The position numbers and the translations under genes are program-made. Positions 5,608 through 11,781 of a stretch of DNA of 11,781 nucleotides are shown here, in pieces. Position 1 is the stretch's first letter. Every line of letters starts with the position of its first letter. Below the pieces are notes generated by a model. The model was not told where the DNA came from and searched no databases. It saw only the letters and a program-made list of their open reading frames with translations. Origin of the DNA: Fibrobacteria bacterium (GTDB lineage Bacteria > Fibrobacterota > Fibrobacteria > UBA11236); contig JBJHDK010000066.1 of the NCBI GenBank assembly GCA_050486505.1, positions 1 to 11,781 on the forward strand, given 5' to 3'.

Positions 5608-8401
5608 TATTCCCGATTAAAATCAACCGCACCGCATCCAGACGCAGCTCGGCCTGCGCGATGTGATCCATCACCGCGCGGGCGCGCGACTCCGCCGTCG
5701 CGATCTCCGTGTCCGTCACCGCGGGATTCACAGCGCGCAGGGCGCGCAGGCGCTCCGCCTCCGACTGCAACCGCTCTTCCGCTTCGCGATGGGCCGTGCG
5801 CTTCACCGTCGCTTCCTTCAGCGCCGCCTGCTCGCGCGCCGCATCGAGAAGCTTGGGCACCAGCTTCCCGAACAAGGCGTGATGCTCTTCCAGCAACCCC
5901 GTGGGAGCCTGCTCGAGCCCCGCGGAATCGAGGGATGCCAGGAGTCCCCCCATGCTCTCGCCGTCCTGATCCACCAGCACGCGGATCGGCGTGGGCGGCA
6001 AGAAGCGGTCGAGGTGCAGCGCACCCGGGGCCGTCGCCTCCAGCACGAACACCGCCTCGAGCGCGAACCCCTTTCGCACTCCCGCGGGTGGGCGCGTCCA
6101 GGCCACGAAGGCGGAGCGCCCGTCTTCGTCTTCCAGGACGAGATCCGTCGCGGCGCGGGCTACGGGGTGGTCGATCGAGAGGAAGGCGAGATCCTCATGC
6201 GTCACCGCTTCCGCGCGGTCGAAGGTCAGCGGCAACCCGTCTTCGGGAATTCCGGGAAAGGAGTCGAGCAGCATCCGTTCGCCGGGCACGACGAAATGGC
6301 CTCGCCGCATGGCGGTTTCACGGACATCGAGACCGAAGTGGTCGAACACGTCGATGAGATAGTCCTCAAGCTCCGCGTCCGCGCCCGTCTCCCGGATCTC
6401 CTCGATCAGGCCCGCGGCCAGTTCCGTGCGATTGCTGTGGATTTCGAGCAGGCGGTCGCGCCCCTGTTCAAGCGCCTCGCGAACCCGTGATGCCGTCTCG
6501 CGCGTCTTGCGGATCAATTCCTCCACGGAATCCGGTTCCGGGTGCGCCAGCACTTTCCGCAAGGCGTCGCCGAGCAATTCATGGAAGGTGTCCGCGCCCG
6601 GCACCGTTCCCTGGAACGCGTCGAAGCCCTCGTGATACCAGCGGAACAACACCTCGTGCGCCGTGCCGCGCACATACGGGATGTGGATGTTCACGTCGCC
6701 CTTGCGCCCAATGCGGTCGAGCCTTCCGATGCGCTGCTCCAGCACTCCGGGATCCTCGGGAAGGTCGAAGAGCACGAGATGCTTCGCGAACTGGAAATTG
6801 CGTCCCTCGCTGCCGATCTCGGAGCAAACCAGCAGGCGCGCCCCATCCTCGCGCGCGAACCACGCGGCGTTCTTGTCGCGCGTGGTCATGGTCAGGTTCT
6901 CATGGAACGCCGCGAAGGGGACCGTGGTCACCGTCGGCAGGATTTCCTGCAGCGCGAACACATCGTTCTTGTGCGACGTGATCAACAGGATTTTGTCGTC
7001 GGGGTGATCCGTCAGGAATTTGACCAACCAGGCGATGCGGGGATCGCCGGACGTCGACCCGGGCAAGGCATTCAACCCCACCGGATGCACGACGCGGCCG
7101 GGGAACCCGCCCATGGCCTGCCTGCGGTTCCGGAACATCAGCCGTCCCGTGCCGTGGCGGTCGACGAGGTCGTTCACCAGGCGGTCGCGCGCGGTCGCGA
7201 AGGCATCCCCCGTGGCCGCGAGGTATCCCCGGATCCGTTCCCCGAGCACGGCATCGCCGGGGAACAGCACCCCCAAATGCTCCGCCGCCTTGCGGTCGGG
7301 CGTCCCGGAAGAAAGGATCGCGGCCGCGGTCTTCGCAAGATCGCCGAACTGCCGCGTCTCCGCAAGCCAGGCATCGAGATTCGTGAAGCGGTCGGGGTCG
7401 AGGAGGCGCAGGCGCGCGAAGTGCCCGGCCTGCCCGAGTTGCACGGGTGTTGCGGTCAGCAGCAGCACGCCTTCCGCGGCATGCGCAAGGCGCTCCACGG
7501 CGGTGTACTCCGGCGAGACGGCCTCGGGAGACCAGCGCAGATGGTGGGCCTCGTCGACGATGAGCAGGTCGATGCCGGCCGCGACGGCCTGCTCCACGCG
7601 CCGCGCGCCGGATCCCTGCGCAGAGAACAGGTCGACGGGTGCCAGGATGAGGGAGCGCAACACGAAGGGGTTCTTTTCCTTGTCACCCTTTTCTTCGGCA
7701 CGACAGGTTTCTTCGTCGAGAACAGTGAAAAGATGGTGGAAGCGACGGTAGAGTTCCACCATCCATTGGTGGACGAGTTGCGACGGCGCGACGACGAGGA
7801 CACGGTTCACCTGTCCGGTCACGTAGAGGCGATGGAAGACCAGGCCCGCTTCGATGGTCTTTCCGAGGCCGACCTCGTCGGCGAGCAGAACCCGGGGATG
7901 GGCGCGCGAGGAGGTTTCGTGGGCGATGGAGATCTGGTGCGAGAGAAGTTCCATGCGCGCGCCGACGAGGCCGCGCACGCGGGATCCCAGCATGTCGCGG
8001 CGCAGGTTCAACGTGCGCAAGCGCAGCGCAAAGGCCTCGAGCGATCCCGGCCGCCCGGCGAGCAACTGTTTGTCGGGATCGGAGAAGGCCATGCGGTCGA
8101 GGAGGTCGCCCTCGGGCAGGGAGCGACCGGCGCCGTGGTAGGTGAGCAATCCGCCGGACTCCGTGATGCGTTCAACGACGAACACGGCGCCGGAGCGGGA
8201 GCGGGCCCGATCGCCGGGCGCGAGGACGACACGGCGCAAGGGAGCGCTTTGCAGCCGATAGATGCGGGTTTCGTCCGCGGCGGGAAAACGGATTTTCACA
8301 TCGCGGACACCGGCCTCGAGGACGACCCCGAGGCCGAGTTCGGGTTCGCTGTCGCTGATCCAGCGCTGGCCGGGGACAAATGTGGAATTCGGTGGGGTCA
8401 T
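5603..8401 (-). CDS. rapA: RNA polymerase-associated protein RapA (SNF2-family ATPase)
   Basis: N-terminal F-PGQRWISDSEPELGLG, LLADEVGLGKT, DEAHH, LLLTATP, SEIGSEGRNFQ, EQRIGRLDRIG and C-terminal LRLDAVRLI. Start set at MTPPNSTF (8401). Confidence 0.95.
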   Translation of the reverse strand: MTPPNSTFVPGQRWISDSEPELGLGVVLEAGVRDVKIRFPAADETRIYRLQSAPLRRVVLAPGDRARSRSGAVFVVERITESGGLLTYHGAGRSLPEGDLLDRMAFSDPDKQLLAGRPGSLEAFALRLRTLNLRRDMLGSRVRGLVGARMELLSHQISIAHETSSRAHPRVLLADEVGLGKTIEAGLVFHRLYVTGQVNRVLVVAPSQLVHQWMVELYRRFHHLFTVLDEETCRAEEKGDKEKNPFVLRSLILAPVDLFSAQGSGARRVEQAVAAGIDLLIVDEAHHLRWSPEAVSPEYTAVERLAHAAEGVLLLTATPVQLGQAGHFARLRLLDPDRFTNLDAWLAETRQFGDLAKTAAAILSSGTPDRKAAEHLGVLFPGDAVLGERIRGYLAATGDAFATARDRLVNDLVDRHGTGRLMFRNRRQAMGGFPGRVVHPVGLNALPGSTSGDPRIAWLVKFLTDHPDDKILLITSHKNDVFALQEILPTVTTVPFAAFHENLTMTTRDKNAAWFAREDGARLLVCSEIGSEGRNFQFAKHLVLFDLPEDPGVLEQRIGRLDRIGRKGDVNIHIPYVRGTAHEVLFRWYHEGFDAFQGTVPGADTFHELLGDALRKVLAHPEPDSVEELIRKTRETASRVREALEQGRDRLLEIHSNRTELAAGLIEEIRETGADAELEDYLIDVFDHFGLDVRETAMRRGHFVVPGERMLLDSFPGIPEDGLPLTFDRAEAVTHEDLAFLSIDHPVARAATDLVLEDEDGRSAFVAWTRPPAGVRKGFALEAVFVLEATAPGALHLDRFLPPTPIRVLVDQDGESMGGLLASLDSAGLEQAPTGLLEEHHALFGKLVPKLLDAAREQAALKEATVKRTAHREAEERLQSEAERLRALRAVNPAVTDTEIATAESRARAVMDHIAQAELRLDAVRLILIGNM

Positions 8402-8424
8402 TTCATTACCGGAATCGAGACGGG

Positions 8425-8511
8425 AAAACAATTCGCCACAAAGGACGCAAAGGAACACATAGGGGGTTCAAAATTTTCCGTTCTTTGCGTCCTTTCGTGG
8501 CCATTTGTTTT
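8425..8511. repeat. Long imperfect inverted repeat in the leuA-rapA spacer
   Basis: Left arm AAAACAATTCGCCACAAAGGACGCAAAGGAA; the right arm's reverse complement is AAAACAAATGGCCACGAAAGGACGCAAAGAA. Confidence 0.75.
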
Positions 8512-8515
8512 TGTG

Positions 8516-10108
8516 TCACACCCCCATCAACCGGTTCATTCCGTTGAACAGGGCCTTCACGTTCGCCTTGATCGTGTCGGTGTCCTTGCCCCGACCGATG
8601 ACTACGGGGCCTTCGGGTTTCCCGTCGACGCCGCGCCGCTGCAACTTGATCTCCGACAACGCGAACGCCGCCGCGTCCATGTGCTCGGCATCCACCGCCT
8701 GCTGCGCGTATTCGACCAAATGGAAGCGCTCGCCGATGGTCTCCACCGCGTGCATGCACGCATCCACGGGCCCGGTGCCCTTGCCCGTCAGGGTTTTCTC
8801 CGCTCCCTTCCAGCGCACGTCGAAGTAGAACTCTTTCTCCTCCGGATCGACGCGCAGGCCCCGGAACTCCAGGGGGCCGGCCGCGGCCAGCAACACGGAT
8901 TCGTATGCCTCGAGAATCTCGGCATTTTCCAGCTCGCCGCCCTTTTCTTCGGACTTGGCCTTCAACACAGGCTGCAGCAGCGCTGCCTCCTCCAGCGTGA
9001 TGGGCAGGCCCAACGCCTTCACGATCTCATACACCGCGCTCTTGCCCGACTGACTGGTGAACACCACGCGGTCCGACTCGCCGCGGCCGATCAGGTCGCC
9101 CTCGACGGCGCGGTAGGCGCCCTTCTTCATGCCCTTCGTCTTTGCGGCGCCGTCCTGGTGGATGCCGCTGCGATGCGCCACCACGTCGGCGCCGACCAGC
9201 GGCGCCTTCTCGTAAATGGCCACGCGCGACCACTCCGCCATCTGCAGGGCGGTCTCATAGATCTCGCGCATGTTCAACGGGTTTTCGACACCGCAATTGT
9301 GGATGGCCACCGCGACCTCGTACAGGTTGGTATTCCCCGCGCGCTCACCCAAGCCGTTCAACGCGCACTCCAACTGGGTCGCACCGGCGAAGAAGCTCTC
9401 CACCGTCGTCGCCGTGGCCATGCCCAGATCATTGTGCGTGTGCACTGCAACGGTGATCTCCTTCGGCAACGCTTCGACGACACGGCGCACCATGTCCACG
9501 AACACCATGGGGCGATAGCGCTCCACCGTGTTGGGCAGGTTGATCACGGTCGCGCCCGCCTCGATGACGCGGTGGAAGGTGTCGATCACGAAATCCAGGT
9601 TCTCGACGCTGTCACCGAAGTGCTCGGCGGAGAACTGCACGTCGCCGCGCCCGTCCAGCAAATCCTTGCACAGGGCGACCGCCTCGACGGCCTTTTGCGC
9701 GACTTTCTCCGGAGGCATGCGCAGCACGTTCTCCATCGCGAAAGGCGACAACCCGATGAAGGTATGGATCCGCGGACGCGGTGCGGCACGCACCGCTTCG
9801 GCCGCGCGCTCGATGTCGCGCGGCACCGCACGGGCCAGCGAAGAGAACACCACGTTCGCGGGAGCCAGTTGCGCCAAATGCGAAACGGCCTCGAAGTCCA
9901 GATCGCTCGCGCCCGCATAACCTGCCTCGATGCCCTGCACACCCAACTTCAGGAGCTGGCGGAACACCTTCTCCTTTTCCTCCACGTTCCAAGGCTGGCG
10001 CAAGGCCTGATTGCCGTCGCGCAGGGTGACGTCGTAGAAGAACGGACGACGCCCGTTCGAAGTGTCGATGGGGGTAATGGCGGTTTTCGTGTTCTTTGTC
10101 CCGTTCAT
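8516..10108 (-). CDS. leuA: 2-isopropylmalate synthase
   Basis: DVTLRDGNQ, HTHNDLG, NGLGERAGNT and HRSGIHQDG motifs; C-terminal regulatory domain with G-GPVDA; AAGGAAAGGAAGGA SD; upstream Leu-rich leader peptide supports the leucine assignment. Confidence 0.93.
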   Translation of the reverse strand: MNGTKNTKTAITPIDTSNGRRPFFYDVTLRDGNQALRQPWNVEEKEKVFRQLLKLGVQGIEAGYAGASDLDFEAVSHLAQLAPANVVFSSLARAVPRDIERAAEAVRAAPRPRIHTFIGLSPFAMENVLRMPPEKVAQKAVEAVALCKDLLDGRGDVQFSAEHFGDSVENLDFVIDTFHRVIEAGATVINLPNTVERYRPMVFVDMVRRVVEALPKEITVAVHTHNDLGMATATTVESFFAGATQLECALNGLGERAGNTNLYEVAVAIHNCGVENPLNMREIYETALQMAEWSRVAIYEKAPLVGADVVAHRSGIHQDGAAKTKGMKKGAYRAVEGDLIGRGESDRVVFTSQSGKSAVYEIVKALGLPITLEEAALLQPVLKAKSEEKGGELENAEILEAYESVLLAAAGPLEFRGLRVDPEEKEFYFDVRWKGAEKTLTGKGTGPVDACMHAVETIGERFHLVEYAQQAVDAEHMDAAAFALSEIKLQRRGVDGKPEGPVVIGRGKDTDTIKANVKALFNGMNRLMGV

Positions 10109-10193
10109 GGGATCCTTCCTTTCCTTACGTTGCTTGATCCATCATTTCGATCCGCAGCGCTGGAATTTCAGTCATTTCCTCCGAGCATTCTTT

Positions 10194-10221
10194 CCGGTTC
10201 CCGAGCTTGTCGAGGGGCCGG
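10194..10221. repeat. Short REP-like element (GAGCTTGTCGA class) in the leuA 5' UTR
   Basis: CCGGTTCCCGAGCTTGTCGAGGGGCCGG is an imperfect hairpin resembling the dispersed CCCTGAGCTTGTCGAAGGG motif (recalled, not searched). Confidence 0.5.
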
Positions 10222-10280
10222 GGGGTTCTTTCTTGCCGGCCCTTCCGTCCGGGTTTTCTTCGGAGGGAAAGGTGGCAAAG

Positions 10281-10312
10281 AAAAAAGCCCGCTCGAAGGA
10301 GCGGGCTTTTTT
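10281..10312 (-). terminator. Intrinsic terminator of the leuA attenuator (symmetric, potentially bidirectional)
   Basis: Minus strand AAAAAA-GCCCGCTC-CTTC-GAGCGGGC-TTTTTT-CTTT. Confidence 0.9.
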
Positions 10313-10332
10313 CCAAACGCGTCACTCCTTCT

Positions 10333-10389
10333 TTAGGCGGGATGCCCAAGGAGTAGAAGCGAGACGTTCATGGCTGCCACGGAGTTCAT
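10333..10389 (-). CDS. leuL: Leucine attenuator leader peptide MNSVAAMNVSLLLLGHPA (or 12 aa from ATG 10371)
   Basis: Four tandem Leu codons CTT CTA CTC CTT; stop TAA 20 nt before the terminator element; located upstream of leuA. Confidence 0.85.
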   Translation of the reverse strand: MNSVAAMNVSLLLLGHPA

Positions 10390-10395
10390 GGGTAC

Positions 10396-10424
10396 AGGAT
10401 AGCTCCGAAGGGGGTATCCGGCAA
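10396..10424 (-). promoter_or_regulatory. Putative sigma70 promoter of leuL-leuA
   Basis: TTGCCG (10424-10419), 17 bp spacer, TATCCT (10401-10396), 6 nt, then ATG 10389. Confidence 0.6.
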
Positions 10425-10507
10425 GGGCCAAACACCCCCAGGGGAGCCCCCCACCCCCCTGAGAAGCCCGCTCGGTTCCCCCACAAAAAGCCATATTTCC
10501 CCCCATC

Positions 10508-11449
10508 ATGGCCATGCTCGACCCCATCATTCTTTTCTTCCTGCTCGGCCTCGTCGCCGGATTGCTCCGCTCCGAACTGCGGCTCCCTCCCGCCATCTAC
10601 GAGTTCCTCAGCGTCCTGCTCCTCCTCGCCATCGGCCTCAAGGGCGGCATCGAACTCGCCAAGCAGCCCTTCGTGGCGCTGGCAGGACAGATGGTCCTGG
10701 TGGTCGCGATGGGATTCCTGCTTCCGCTGCTCGCCTACCCGATCCTCCTGCTCCTCGGGCGCTTCAAGCGCGCCGACGCCGCCTCCATCGCCGCACACTA
10801 CGGTTCCGTCAGCGTCGGCACCTACGCCGCGGGGGCGGCCTACCTCACCTCCCAGGGCGTCGCCTTCGAGGAGTACATGCCTCTCTTCGTCGTCCTGCTC
10901 GAAATCCCGGCCATCATCGTCGGCATCCTGCTCGCGCGCGGCATCACGCGCGGCACGAACTGGGGACGCCTCACGCACGAAGTCTTTCTCGGCAAGAGCA
11001 TTGTCCTGCTCGTCGGCGGGCTGCTGATCGGCTGGATCGCGGGTCCCGAGCGCATCCAGCCGGTGGGCGGACTTTTTTTCGGGTTGTTCCAGGGGGTACT
11101 CGCCCTCTTCCTGCTCGAGATGGGACTCATCGCCGCGGCCCAGGCCGGAAACCTGCGCAAGCACGGCGTCTTCCTGTTCGCCTTCGGAATCGCCATGCCG
11201 CTGATCTCGGCGGTGATCGGGGGCGCCTTGGGGGCCTTCATCGGCCTGTCTCCCGGCGGCGTCGCACTCCTTGCCACACTGGCGGCCAGCGCCTCCTACA
11301 TCGCCGTGCCCGCCGCCATGCGCCTCGCCGTGCCCGAAGCCAACCCCGCGCTGTCACTGACCGTGGCGCTTGGGGTCACTTTCCCCTTCAACGTGCTGAT
11401 CGGCATCCCGCTCTATCTGCGCGTTTCCCAGTCTTTGTTCGGAGGATGA
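10508..11449 (+). CDS. sbtA: Sodium-dependent bicarbonate transport family permease (SbtA-like, short form)
   Basis: LLLAIGLKGG, AAHYGSVS, FLLEMG, ASASYIAVPAAMR-A-PEANP and LGVTFPFN motifs; very hydrophobic, 313 aa. Confidence 0.9.
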   Translation: MAMLDPIILFFLLGLVAGLLRSELRLPPAIYEFLSVLLLLAIGLKGGIELAKQPFVALAGQMVLVVAMGFLLPLLAYPILLLLGRFKRADAASIAAHYGSVSVGTYAAGAAYLTSQGVAFEEYMPLFVVLLEIPAIIVGILLARGITRGTNWGRLTHEVFLGKSIVLLVGGLLIGWIAGPERIQPVGGLFFGLFQGVLALFLLEMGLIAAAQAGNLRKHGVFLFAFGIAMPLISAVIGGALGAFIGLSPGGVALLATLAASASYIAVPAAMRLAVPEANPALSLTVALGVTFPFNVLIGIPLYLRVSQSLFGG

Positions 11450-11450
11450 C

Positions 11451-11756
11451 ATGATCGAACCCCATCCGCGCAAGCTCCTGACCGTGATCACGGAAGCCGC
11501 CATCGAAAAGGATCTCTGCGCCGACATCGAACGCTTGGGGGCGCGCGGCTACACCGTCACCGAAGCGCGCGGCAAGGGAGGCCGGGGCGTGCGCGAAGCT
11601 TCGTGGGAACCCAGCGGCAACATCCGCGTCGAAGTGGTTTGCGTCGAATCCGTGGCGAATACCATCGCCGAGCACCTGCGCGAGCGCTACTACGAGCACT
11701 ACGCGATGATCCTCTTCCTGTCTGACGTCCAGGTGTTGCGCCCGACGAAGTTTTAG
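11451..11756 (+). CDS. sbtB: PII-like signalling protein (SbtB-like)
   Basis: KLLTVITE...LGARGYTV-EARGKG-RG...NIRVEVV...V-VLRP-KF; GGAGG SD; starts 1 nt after the sbtA stop. Confidence 0.87.
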   Translation: MIEPHPRKLLTVITEAAIEKDLCADIERLGARGYTVTEARGKGGRGVREASWEPSGNIRVEVVCVESVANTIAEHLRERYYEHYAMILFLSDVQVLRPTKF

Positions 11757-11766
11757 GCGGGGCAAG

Positions 11767-11781
11767 GTAGGGGCGAGGCGC
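11767..11781 (+). repeat. Start of a second GTAG-type REP-like element (cut by window edge)
   Basis: GTAGGGGCG 10 nt after the sbtB stop; shares GTAGGGGC with both arms at 5558 and 5606. Confidence 0.45.

Noticed and set aside
8402..8458. Upstream start for rapA (MFLCVLCGELF...)
   Set aside because: It lies inside the palindromic repeat. The RapA-like sequence begins at MTPPNSTFVPGQRW.
6542..10336. 1264-aa plus-strand ORF spanning rapA and leuA
   Set aside because: Antisense shadow ORF typical of high-GC coding DNA. It has no recognisable motifs and the opposite strand carries two well-supported genes.
10390..10596. 87-aa minus-strand ORF 10333..10596 as a real protein
   Set aside because: It overlaps sbtA antisense and the predicted promoter. 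Only the last 18 codons (the leader peptide) are supported.
1..11781. CRISPR array, tRNA/rRNA gene or transposase
   Set aside because: No regularly spaced direct repeats, cloverleaf-like sequence or transposase motifs were seen by eye.

Overview
GC-rich bacterial chromosomal window. A trpG(partial)-trpD ... trpC cluster is split by an inverted ~2.1 kb accessory block: hicAB toxin-antitoxin, a VOC/glyoxalase gene, an internally deleted GNAT and a membrane protein. trpC is translationally coupled to a LMW protein-tyrosine-phosphatase gene followed by a fructosamine-3-kinase gene. On the minus strand lie rapA and leuA, and leuA is preceded by a complete Leu-codon transcription attenuator that looks leaderless. 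An sbtA-sbtB (bicarbonate permease/PII-like) pair runs divergently at the right end. Three different REP-like or palindromic elements sit in the intergenic regions. The most interesting hypothesis is that the PTP+FN3K pair acts as a ribulosamine repair module on TrpC's own substrate CdRP. All family calls come from motif recognition by eye, not from database searches.
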